Source: Alphaproteobacteria bacterium
GTDB taxonomy: Bacteria > Pseudomonadota > Alphaproteobacteria > UBA828
Assembly (NCBI GenBank): GCA_963667785.2
Contig: CAXXMU010000006.1
Location: 64,001-128,000 of the forward strand
Length of the DNA: 64,000 bases
Direction of reading: 5' to 3'
Made by a program: the position numbers and the translations under genes. Positions within the stretch are counted from its first letter, which is position 1, and every line of letters begins with the position of its first letter. The notes below the pieces were generated by a model that was not told the DNA's origin, did not search any database, and was given only the letters and a program-made list of their open reading frames with translations. Below are positions 1-11,853 of this stretch, piece by piece.

Positions 1-563
1 TACTCGCGCGCACCTATGGCGACGAGGCGCTTCGCCCGCGACAGCACGAGCGTCCCCGGCTCGCCCTCTCCGACCGGCGGATGCGCCCGCGAGGCGAGCA
101 GCGCCAGCGCCAGCCGTCGCATGGCGGGGGAGCGGATGGCGCCCGGCAGGTGCGGCAGCAGGGCCTCGATCCTGACGCGGCGCGATCCCGCCCAGGCCTC
201 GGCGGGGAACGGCTCGACCCCGGGCAGGATCACGCCGGCCGCGTCGGGATCGATCGCGTCGAGCGTCCCCACCACGATGCCGCCCTCGCCCGGCGAGCCG
301 GCTCGGCCGCCCTCCTCTCCGCCCGCGTCCCCGCTTCCCTCGGAAAGCGCATCGGCGGCAGGCGTGGGGGAGGAGTCTCCGCCCGGCGCCGCGGCATCGG
401 CATCGTCGAGTTCGATCTCCTGGACGGGCACCAGACGAAGCGGCTCGTCCTGGTTCTGGCCGAAGCCCTCGCCGGCGGATACGACCAGCAACCCGGCGGC
501 GCCTGCGAGGGCGCCCGCGAGACCGCGGGGGAGCCGCCGACGCGCCTTCCGCGGCCCCGCCAT
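1..563 (-). CDS. conserved hypothetical exported protein (partial; runs off the window edge)
   Basis: My translation from ATG 563: MAGPRKARRRLPRGLAGALAGAAGLLVVSAGEGFGQNQDEPLRLVP...; signal-peptide-like N-terminus; not in the ORF track because it is truncated. Confidence 0.6.
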   Translation of the reverse strand, partial: MAGPRKARRRLPRGLAGALAGAAGLLVVSAGEGFGQNQDEPLRLVPVQEIELDDADAAAPGGDSSPTPAADALSEGSGDAGGEEGGRAGSPGEGGIVVGTLDAIDPDAAGVILPGVEPFPAEAWAGSRRVRIEALLPHLPGAIRSPAMRRLALALLASRAHPPVGEGEPGTLVLSRAKRLVAIGARE

Positions 564-583
564 GCTACGACCCGAGCGTGCTC

Positions 584-712
584 TCACGTGTCGAAGCGCT
601 CACTGGACAGCACCTTTTCGACCGGGCCGGCCGGCGGCGGAATGTCCCAGGTCAGGAGAAAGCCGATCCCGCCACCGATAATGAGCAAGAGGACGATCAC
701 GAGGATTTTCAA
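584..712 (-). CDS. small 42-aa single-pass membrane protein
   Basis: TTG start, [42 protein letters not shown], upstream AGGAG/GAGGG RBS, divergent from aroK. Confidence 0.7.
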   Translation of the reverse strand: MKILVIVLLLIIGGGIGFLLTWDIPPPAGPVEKVLSSERFDT

Positions 713-879
713 CGGGGTATGCCCTCACTCCTGGCCGCCCACCGGGATGGAAACGGCCGGCGGGCAATCGTCGCTTGTGTGGTAGAATCGAATTATGGCG
801 ACGGTGCGGCAGTCTATCGGCGCGCGCGCGGTGCTTCAACGACGCGCGGCCGGGCGCGGTGGCGCGCGTTGCTGAGCCG

Positions 880-1473
880 ATGACGGCAGGGTCGGGTTGT
901 CCGCCGACGGACCGCACGATCGTTCTGGTCGGACTGATGGGGGCTGGCAAGAGCGCGATCGGCCGCCGCCTCGCCGCCCGGCTCGGCATGCCGTTCGTCG
1001 ACGCCGACACCGAGATCGAGCGGGCAGCGGGATGCACCATCACAGACATTTTCGAGCTGCACGGAGAGGCGGCGTTCCGCGACGGCGAGCGGCGCGTGAT
1101 CGCGCGGCTGCTGACCCGGCCCCCGCACGTGCTGGCAACCGGCGGCGGTGCGTTCATGGATCTCGCAACCCGCGCGGCGATTCGGGCCAGCGGGATCTCG
1201 ATTTGGCTGAAGGCCGACCTCGACCTGCTCCTCGCGCGGGTCTCGCGGCGCAGCAACCGCCCGCTGCTTGCCGGCGGCGACGCACGGGCCATCCTCACGC
1301 GGCTGATGGCGGAGCGTCATCCGGTCTACGCCGAAGCCGACATCACCGTCGAGAGCATGGACAGGCCGCACGAGCAGATGGTGCAGATGGTCGTGGACGC
1401 GCTCGCCGCGCATGCCGCGGCGGAGCGGAGCGAGCCGAACTCGCAATCGTCAAAGGCCGGCCTCGGGACCTGA
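880..1473 (+). CDS. aroK: shikimate kinase
   Basis: P-loop [24 protein letters not shown] motifs; directly upstream of aroB. Confidence 0.95.
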   Translation: MTAGSGCPPTDRTIVLVGLMGAGKSAIGRRLAARLGMPFVDADTEIERAAGCTITDIFELHGEAAFRDGERRVIARLLTRPPHVLATGGGAFMDLATRAAIRASGISIWLKADLDLLLARVSRRSNRPLLAGGDARAILTRLMAERHPVYAEADITVESMDRPHEQMVQMVVDALAAHAAAERSEPNSQSSKAGLGT

Positions 1474-1477
1474 CCCG

Positions 1478-2635
1478 GTGAACGCCGACCGACGACCGGG
1501 CCCGGAGCGGGAGACGGTGCGCGTCGAGCTCGGCGCGCGCAGCTACGACGTGCTGGTGGGCGCCGGCCTCCTGCGCGAGGCGGGCCAGCGCCTGGCGCCG
1601 CTCCTCCCCGGCCGCTCGGCGGTCGTGATCACCGACCGCGTCGTCGCGGACCTCCACCTCGACGCGACGCTCGGTGCCCTGCGAGAGGCCGGCTTCGCCT
1701 GCTCCACGCTGATCGTCGAGCCCGGCGAGCGCAGCAAGGACCTGGCGACGCTTGCCGGCGTGCTGGAGGAGATCCTCGGCCGCGGCATCGAGCGGACGAC
1801 CGCGCTGGTGGCGCTCGGCGGCGGTGTGGTGGGCGACCTCACCGGCTTCGCCGCCAGCGTTCTCCTGCGCGGCGTGCCCTTCGTTCAGATCCCGACGACG
1901 CTTCTCGCCCAGGTCGACAGCGGCGTCGGCGGCAAGACCGGCGTGAACAGCGGCCACGGCAAGAACCTGATCGGCACCTTCTACCAGCCCAGGCTGGTGC
2001 TCGCCGACGTGGCGACGCTGGGCACGCTGCCCGCGCGCGAGCGGCTCGCCGGCTACGCCGAGATCGTCAAGTACGGCCTCATCGACGATCCCGCCCTCTT
2101 CGACTGGCTCGAAGGCAACGGCCAGACCCTCGTCGACGGCGACCGGGACCTGCTGCGCACCGCCGTGGCCCATGCCTGCCGGGCAAAGGCACGCATCGTC
2201 GCCAGCGACGAGCGCGAGAGCGGCAGCCGCGCGCTCCTCAATCTGGGCCACACGTTCGCGCATGCGCTGGAGGCGGAGGCCGGCTACGACGGATCACTCC
2301 TGCACGGCGAAGCGGTGGCCTGCGGCATCGTGCTCGCCCACCGGCTCTCCGCCGAGCTCGGCCATTGCGGCGCGGACGATGCCGCCCGGGTGGCGGCGCA
2401 TTTCCGCGCCGTCGGGTTGCCGAGCGAGGCGGGCGACCTGCCCGCGCACCGCTGGCACGTGCCCGCGCTGATCGAGCGCATGAAGCGCGACAAGAAGGTG
2501 CAGGACGGACGGATGACGTTCGTGCTCACGCGTGGCATCGGACGCGCCTTCCTCAGCCGGGACGTCCCGCAGGAGGCGCTCCGCGCCCTGCTCGACCGGG
2601 CGTTCGCATCGCCCGGCCGCGCGGAGACCCGCTGA
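1478..2635 (+). CDS. aroB: 3-dehydroquinate synthase
   Basis: GGGVVGDLTGF, PTTLLAQVDSGVGGKTGVN, LLNLGHTFAHALE, HGEAV, DKK motifs. Confidence 0.96.
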   Translation: MNADRRPGPERETVRVELGARSYDVLVGAGLLREAGQRLAPLLPGRSAVVITDRVVADLHLDATLGALREAGFACSTLIVEPGERSKDLATLAGVLEEILGRGIERTTALVALGGGVVGDLTGFAASVLLRGVPFVQIPTTLLAQVDSGVGGKTGVNSGHGKNLIGTFYQPRLVLADVATLGTLPARERLAGYAEIVKYGLIDDPALFDWLEGNGQTLVDGDRDLLRTAVAHACRAKARIVASDERESGSRALLNLGHTFAHALEAEAGYDGSLLHGEAVACGIVLAHRLSAELGHCGADDAARVAAHFRAVGLPSEAGDLPAHRWHVPALIERMKRDKKVQDGRMTFVLTRGIGRAFLSRDVPQEALRALLDRAFASPGRAETR

Positions 2636-2669
2636 CCCCACCGCAAACCCCAACCCCGACGACACGGCC

Positions 2670-3962
2670 ATGACCACCGAAACTGCCATCTCCATCGGCG
2701 CGATCGGACTCCTGATCGCGCTATCGGGCTTCTTCTCCGGCTCGGAGACCGCATTGACCGCGGCCTCCCGCCCGCGCATCCACCATCTCGCCGGTGGCGG
2801 CGACAAGCGCGCTCGCGCGGTCGCGCGGCTCACCGACGACCGCGAGCGGCTGATCGGCGCGATCCTGCTGGGCAACAACGCCGTCAACATCCTCGCCTCG
2901 GCGCTGGCCACCAGCGTGCTGATCTCGTTCGTGGGCGATGCCGGCGTGGCCTACGCGACGATCGGCATGACGCTGGTCATCGTGGTCTTCGCCGAGGTCC
3001 TGCCGAAGACCTACGCGATCCGCCACCCTGACCGCATGGCGCTCCGGGTGGCGCCGCTGCTCGGCCCCGTCGTGTGGCTGCTCTCGCCCGCCGTCGGCGC
3101 GGTGCGGCTGGTCGTCTCCGCCGCGCTCGGCGCTGCCGGTGTCTCCCCGGGGACGAGGACGCCAGACGCCGCCGAGGAGGAGCTACGCGGCACCATAACC
3201 CTGCAGGCGCAGGAAGGCGCCATGGTCAAGCACGAGCGCGACATGCTGCACAGCATCCTCGACCTCGACGAGGTCGACGTCGGCTCGGTGATGACCCACC
3301 GCAAGACCATGGAGATGATCGACGCCGATGCGGCGCCCGCCGCCATCCTCGACCAAGTCGTGCAAAGCCCGTTCACGCGCCTGCCGGTCTGGAAAGGCGA
3401 GCCCGACAACATCGTCGGCGTGCTGCACGCCAAGGACCTGCTGCGTGCGGTGCATGCCAACCTCGACGATCTCGATCAACTCGACGTTCTCTCGATCGTG
3501 ACGGAGCCCTGGTTCGTGCCCGAGACGACGCCGCTCGACGAGCAGCTCCACGCCTTCCGCGAGCGCCGGGCGCACTTCGCCCTCATCGTCGACGAGTACG
3601 GCTCGCTGATGGGGCTCGTGACCCTGGAAGACGTGATCGAGGAGATCGTGGGCGAGATCGTGGACGAACACGACGTCGCCGGCGGCGACGCGGTGGAGAG
3701 GCCCGACGGCTCGTTCCTGATTCCGGGCACCGCCGCGATCCGCGACCTCAACCGGGCCTACGACTGGGATCTCCCCGACGAGGAAGCCGCGACGATAGCG
3801 GGCCTGGTGCTGAACGAAGCGCAGGAGATCCCCGAGGTGGGTGAATCGTTCACGCTGTACGGCTTCACCTTCGAGATCCGCGCCCGCAAGCGCAACCAGA
3901 TCACCCGGCTGCGCGTGATCCCGCGCCCGCGCGGCGGTGCGGGCGGCGCAGGCGACGCCTGA
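2670..3962 (+). CDS. HlyC/CorC family transporter (CNNM + CBS + CorC domains)
   Basis: SGFFSGSETA, ILLGNNAVN, EVLPK, VDEYG, LEDVIEEIVGEI. Confidence 0.92.
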   Translation: MTTETAISIGAIGLLIALSGFFSGSETALTAASRPRIHHLAGGGDKRARAVARLTDDRERLIGAILLGNNAVNILASALATSVLISFVGDAGVAYATIGMTLVIVVFAEVLPKTYAIRHPDRMALRVAPLLGPVVWLLSPAVGAVRLVVSAALGAAGVSPGTRTPDAAEEELRGTITLQAQEGAMVKHERDMLHSILDLDEVDVGSVMTHRKTMEMIDADAAPAAILDQVVQSPFTRLPVWKGEPDNIVGVLHAKDLLRAVHANLDDLDQLDVLSIVTEPWFVPETTPLDEQLHAFRERRAHFALIVDEYGSLMGLVTLEDVIEEIVGEIVDEHDVAGGDAVERPDGSFLIPGTAAIRDLNRAYDWDLPDEEAATIAGLVLNEAQEIPEVGESFTLYGFTFEIRARKRNQITRLRVIPRPRGGAGGAGDA

Positions 3963-4155
3963 GGCCCCTCGGACCGGGGCCGGCGCAGGGCAGCACGCGG
4001 GTTGCGCCTCGCGCCCTGAGCCCCCATGTCCCGGCGGGAGAGCGGGCTGACGCGGCGGCGCGACGCCGGTGAACGACGACGCAAACGGAGACGAGGTTCC
4101 GATTGCCGGGGCCCTGCCTCATGCTATTAAGGAGGCGTTGCGAGCGGGCGAGTCG

Positions 4156-5112
4156 ATGAACAGTTATCTCGATTTCGAAAAGCCGATCGCGGAGATCGAG
4201 GGCAAGCTCCAGGAGCTTCGCCACCTCAGCGACGACAGCGGCGTCAACATGCTCGACGAGGTCACGCGCCTCGAGGGCAAGGTTGACCGCCTGCTCAAGC
4301 AGACCTACAGCCGCCTCACCCCCTGGCAGAAGACGCAGGTCGCCCGCCATCAGCTGCGCCCGCACGCGACCGACTACATCACCCGCCTCGTCACCGACTT
4401 CGTGCCGCTCGCGGGCGATCGCGCCTTCGGCGACGACCGCGCCGTGATCGGCGGGCTGGGGCGGCTGCGCGGCTACACGACCATGATCATCGGCCAGGAG
4501 AAGGGCGCCGACACGGAGGGCCGGGTCGCGCACAACTTCGGCATGGCCAATCCCGAAGGCTACCGCAAGGCGATACGCCTGCTGCGGCTGGCCGAGCGCT
4601 TCGACGTGCCGGTGCTGACCCTGATCGACACGCCCGGCGCCCATCCCGGCGTGGGCGCCGAGGAGCGCGGGCAGGCCGAGGCCATCGCCCGCTGCATCGA
4701 GGCCGGTCTCGACGTCAGGGTGCCCGTGGTAGCGCTGATCATCGGCGAGGGCGGCTCGGGCGGGGCGATCGCGCTTGGCGTCGCCAACAGCGTGCTGATG
4801 ATGGAGCACGCGATCTATTCGGTCATCTCGCCGGAGGGGTGCGCGTCGATCCTGTGGCGCGACGCCGCCCATGCCGAAGCGGCGGCGGAGGCGCTGCGGC
4901 TCACCGCCGAGGACCTGCAGGAGCTCGGCGTCGTCGACGGGATCGTGCCGGAGCCCGTGGGAGGCGCCCATCGCGATGCGGCGAGCGCCATCGACGCCGC
5001 AGGCGCCGCGCTCGAGGACGCGTTCGCCGGGCTGCGCGATCGAGACGGCCCGACGCTGCGCAGCCTCCGGCGCGAGAAGTTCCTGGCGCTCGGCGCCGTC
5101 GCCGCGACTTAG
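4156..5112 (+). CDS. accA: acetyl-CoA carboxylase carboxyltransferase alpha subunit
   Basis: YLDFEKPI, NFGM..PEGYRKA, DTPGA.PG..AEERGQ, GEGGSGGA, YSVISPEGCASILW. Confidence 0.96.
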   Translation: MNSYLDFEKPIAEIEGKLQELRHLSDDSGVNMLDEVTRLEGKVDRLLKQTYSRLTPWQKTQVARHQLRPHATDYITRLVTDFVPLAGDRAFGDDRAVIGGLGRLRGYTTMIIGQEKGADTEGRVAHNFGMANPEGYRKAIRLLRLAERFDVPVLTLIDTPGAHPGVGAEERGQAEAIARCIEAGLDVRVPVVALIIGEGGSGGAIALGVANSVLMMEHAIYSVISPEGCASILWRDAAHAEAAAEALRLTAEDLQELGVVDGIVPEPVGGAHRDAASAIDAAGAALEDAFAGLRDRDGPTLRSLRREKFLALGAVAAT

Positions 5113-5161
5113 CCTCCCAGACGCACGAATCCGGCGTCGCGGCCGGCCTCGGCAGAGGCCG

Positions 5162-5935
5162 CTAGCGTGAGACCTGGGCCAAGCGCAGGTTGCGGATGCG
5201 GCGGCGCGCGATCTCGGCCCGCACCCGCGGGATCAGCACCGTCAGGTAATAGGCCATGAAGCCCGCCGCCATGAGCAGCAGCGGCGCCACCATGGAGCTG
5301 TCGATCGAGGGGCTGTCGATCTTCGAGATCGTCGCCGGCTGGTGCAGCGTGTTCCACCAGTCGACGGAGAACTTGACGATGGGGACGTTGACCACGCCCA
5401 CCAGCGCCAGGATCGCGGCGGCGCGGGCACCCTTGGCCGGATCGTCGAAAGCGGCGTGCAGCGCGATATAGCCGAGATAGAGGAAGAGCAGCACCAGCAT
5501 CGACGTGAGCCGCGCGTCCCACACCCACCAAGTGCCCCACATCGGCTGGCCCCAGAGCGAGCCGCTCAAGAGCGTGATGAGGGTAAAGGCCGCACCGACC
5601 GGCGCGCTCGACTTGGCCACCAGGTCCGCCAGCGGATGGCGCCAGACGAGGCCGGCCACGCTGCACAGCGCGATCACGACATAGACGAAGAGCGACATCC
5701 ACGCCGCCGGCACGTGAACGAAGATGATGCGGTAGGCGTCGCCCTGCTGGTAGTCGGGCGGCGCGACGTAGAGGCCGAGCACGAGACCGGCCGCGATCAG
5801 CGCCGCCGTCGCAGCCGCGGCCCAGGGATAGACCGCCCGCGCCGCACGCAGGAAGCGCGCGGGATTGGCGAAGAAGTGGATGCTCGTCCATCCGGCCTTC
5901 GCCCGCCTCGTGGCACCCGTCGCCCGCGTCGCCAT
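5162..5935 (-). CDS. ccmC: heme exporter/chaperone protein C
   Basis: HVPAAW, WGQPMWGTWWVWDARLT (WWD motif), WWNTLHQ. Confidence 0.95.
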   Translation of the reverse strand: MATRATGATRRAKAGWTSIHFFANPARFLRAARAVYPWAAAATAALIAAGLVLGLYVAPPDYQQGDAYRIIFVHVPAAWMSLFVYVVIALCSVAGLVWRHPLADLVAKSSAPVGAAFTLITLLSGSLWGQPMWGTWWVWDARLTSMLVLLFLYLGYIALHAAFDDPAKGARAAAILALVGVVNVPIVKFSVDWWNTLHQPATISKIDSPSIDSSMVAPLLLMAAGFMAYYLTVLIPRVRAEIARRRIRNLRLAQVSR

Positions 5936-5948
5936 CGTCGCTTCCGAC

Positions 5949-6617
5949 CTATTCCACCGTCATGCGCAGCGCCGCCGCCGCCGCCAGCGGGCCGAGCACC
6001 AGCGCGCCCACCAGTCCGCCCGCGAGGATGGACAGGTTGGCGCGCACGCCGACATCGAGCACGGCGCCCTCGACCGCGCCCACGCCGAATATGAGAACCG
6101 GAACATAGAGCGGCAAGACCAGAAGCGCGATCAGCGCGCCGCCGCGTCGGAGGCCCACGGTCAGCGCCGCGCCGACGGCGCCGATGAGGCTGAGGAGCGG
6201 CGTGCCCAGCAGGAGCGAGACGACCAGGACGACGAGCCCGTCCACGCTCATGTTCAGCAGGATCGCCAGCACCGGCGCCGCGGCAGCCAGCGGCAGCCCG
6301 GTGGTGAGCCAGTGCGCGATGGTCTTGGCAAGCACCACGAATTCCAGCGGCAGCGCGCCGAGCATCAGCAGCTCGAGGCTGCCGTCCTCATGGTCGGCGA
6401 CGAAGAGGCGATCGAGCGAGAGCAGCGCCGCGAGCAGCGCCGCCACCCAGACGACGCCGGGCGCGATGCGGCTGAGCAGGCCGAGCTCGGGCCCGACGCC
6501 GAGAGGAAAGAGGGTCACGGCAAGGACGAAGAAGACGACCGCCATCAGGGAGCCGATGCCGCCCCGCACCGCGAGCGTGAGCTCGCGGCCCACGAGGCGG
6601 AAGAACACGCCTACCAC
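5949..6617 (-). CDS. ccmB: heme exporter permease B
   Basis: LFPLGVGP, D.EDGSLE, AHWLTTG, LVLPLYVPVLIFG. Confidence 0.94.
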   Translation of the reverse strand: MVGVFFRLVGRELTLAVRGGIGSLMAVVFFVLAVTLFPLGVGPELGLLSRIAPGVVWVAALLAALLSLDRLFVADHEDGSLELLMLGALPLEFVVLAKTIAHWLTTGLPLAAAAPVLAILLNMSVDGLVVLVVSLLLGTPLLSLIGAVGAALTVGLRRGGALIALLVLPLYVPVLIFGVGAVEGAVLDVGVRANLSILAGGLVGALVLGPLAAAAALRMTVE

Positions 6618-7393
6618 GCCTCGTGCTCCGGCTCCGGCTCCGGCCCCGCTCCGGTCTTGTCGCCGCCGGCTAGCAGCGCATCGGCGGCGATCGCGTGGCG
6701 GTCGAGATCGAGGCGCCGGGCGCCCTCGAGCGCGAGCTCCCCGTGGGTGGCCACGACTGCCATGCCGCCCGCCGCCCGGTGCCGGTCGATCATGGCGGCG
6801 ACGCGCGCGGCCGCCTCGGCATCGAGCGTGACCGTGGGCTCGTCGAGGAGCCAGAGAGGCGCCGGTGTCGCCAGCAGGCGGGCGAGCGCGAGCCGCCGCC
6901 GCTGCCCCGCCGAGAGGTAGCGCCCCGGCACGTCGGCGAGGTCCTCGATCCCGAGCGCCGCGAGCGCGCCTGCGTCGGCCCGCGCGCGACCGCGGAGATG
7001 GGCCCAGCCGTCCAGGGTCTCGGTCGCGGTGAGCGTCGGCTTCACCGCGTCGAGATGGCCGATGTAGTGGAGCCGGCTGCGATGGGCAGGCCAGTCGTCG
7101 TCCAGCGGGGCGCCGTCCCAGCGGAGCGTGCCGCCGGCGCGCCCGAGGAGGCCCGCCAGGATGCGGAGCAGGCTCGACTTGCCCGCGCCGTTGGCGCCGA
7201 CGAGCGCGAGCGCGCCGCCGGGCTCCAGGCTGAACGAGACGCCGGAGAAGACCGGGCGCTCGCCGCGAATGCAGGCCACGTCCTGCGCCTCGAAGCGGGC
7301 CGCGCCGGGCGCGCCGTTATCCGGGCCGGGAATCTTGCACCCCTCTCCGGTCGGGCCTAGAAGGTCCGGGAACGCCGAGCCTATCGGCGGCAT
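6611..7393 (-). CDS. ccmA: heme ABC exporter ATPase (true start may be further downstream)
   Basis: [23 protein letters not shown]; upstream of ccmB. Confidence 0.9.
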   Translation of the reverse strand: MPPIGSAFPDLLGPTGEGCKIPGPDNGAPGAARFEAQDVACIRGERPVFSGVSFSLEPGGALALVGANGAGKSSLLRILAGLLGRAGGTLRWDGAPLDDDWPAHRSRLHYIGHLDAVKPTLTATETLDGWAHLRGRARADAGALAALGIEDLADVPGRYLSAGQRRRLALARLLATPAPLWLLDEPTVTLDAEAAARVAAMIDRHRAAGGMAVVATHGELALEGARRLDLDRHAIAADALLAGGDKTGAGPEPEPEHEAW

Positions 7394-7452
7394 GCGTGCG
7401 CGGCAAGAAGGCCGCGCGCCCCGCTCGCGGCGCCGGAAGAAGGAGCAGCCCG

Positions 7453-10145
<2,693 letters not shown>

Positions 10146-10149
<4 letters not shown>

Positions 10150-11834
10150 CGAAGTGCCCCCTCGGCGGCCCGGCCGGACGCCGGCGCCGCATCCGCACCG
10201 GCCGTCGGATCGCCCAGCAGGTCGAGCGCGAGCGCGCGGAGCCTGTGCTTCTGCACCTTGCCGCTCGCGGTCATGGGGAAGGCATCGAGCGGGAGCGCGT
10301 GGCGCGGCGCCTTGAAGCTCGCGATCCGGCCCTTGCAGAAGGCGGCGACGTCTGCGCTCGTGACGGTCGCACCCGCCGCCGGGACGACGAAGGCGACGGC
10401 GACCTCCCCCAGCCGGGGATCCGGGTAGCCCACCACCGCCACCTGGTCGATCGCCTCGTGGGCCATGAGGAAGGCCTCGACCTCCGCCGGTGCCACGTTC
10501 TCGCCGCCGACCCTGAGCTGGTCCTTGAAGCGGCCGACGAAGCGGATGTGCCCGTCGGCGCGGAGCACCACAGTGTCCCCAGTATGGAGCCAGCCGTCGC
10601 CGTCGATGGCCTCGGCGGTCTCCTCGGGCTTTTCGTAGTAGCCCTGGGTGATCATGTAGCCGCGGATCAGGAGCTCGCCCTCCTGGCCCGCCGCCACGTC
10701 CCGGCCGCTCTCGGGATCGACGATCCTGATCTCGAAGCCCGGCGCGGGGAAGCCCGAGGCGTCCGAGCGCTGCTCGGGCGTCGACGTTCCGAAGGACATG
10801 GTGGCGAAGGTGAAGGTCTCGGTCATGCCCCAGCCGGTGAAGGTCGGCACCATCTCGGCCTGCACGCGCCGGGCGATGCGGGCCGAGCTTGTCATGCCGG
10901 ACGGGAAGGTGCCGAAGCGGAGGCTGGAGATGTCGCGCGGGGTGCGCGCGAGCGAATCCAGATACTCCTTGTAGTGGGTATCGAAGCCGTGGGTGACGGT
11001 GCCGTTCTCGGCCTCGACCAGGCGCATGCACTCGTCGGCGTCGAAGCGGTCCAGCAGCACGTGCCTGGCGCCCGCGATCACCGCGATCAGCCCGGCCTCG
11101 CTGAAGCCGTACATGTGGAAGAGCGGCAGCGGGTTGACGATCACGTCCTCGAAGGTGAGGCCGATCCGGTTGGCCCGCTCGCGCATGTTGCGGATCATCA
11201 CGTGGGTGTGCAGCACGCCCTTGGGATGCCCGGTGGTGCCCGAGGTGTAGCCGATCATCACGGGCTCGTCGGGATCGACCGCGCGCGCCCGCTCGCCGAG
11301 CGCGGCGTCGCTCACCGCCTCGCCCGCGGCCAGCATCGCCTCCCAGTCCAGCATGCCGGGCACGGCGCGCTCGCCGACCACGACGAGGCGACGCAGCCTG
11401 GGAAAGCCCTCGATGGCCGCCGCCCGCGGGTCCTGTGCAGCCAGCCCTGGCAGCACGTCCGCCAGCATGGCGGCGTAGTCCACCGGGCCGGAGCGGTCGA
11501 CGCTGATCCAGGTGCCGCTGTCGGACTGGCGCACGGTATAGGCCACGTCGTCGGTGCGGTAGCGGGTGTTGAGCGGCACCAGCACGGCGCCGACCTTGGC
11601 GATGGCGAAGGTGAGGAAGAGCCATTCCGCCCGGTTGTTCATCCAGAGCGCGACGTGTTCGCCCGGCTCCACGCCGAGCGCGATCAGGCCCTTGGCGACG
11701 CGGTCGACCTCCCTGTCGAAGGCGCCGTAGGTCCAGCGGCGGCCGTCGCAGACCAGCGCCTCGCGCGCGCCCCAGCGCCGGGCCGCCTCGGCCGGCAGGT
11801 CGCCCAGCCGCTCCTTCGGGTACCACTCGCCCAT
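10146..11834 (-). CDS. AMP-dependent acyl-CoA synthetase
   Basis: [40 protein letters not shown]; stop overlaps the acnA stop within a shared CTAG. Confidence 0.9.
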
Positions 11835-11853
11835 GGTGCGTGCGTGCCCTCCC

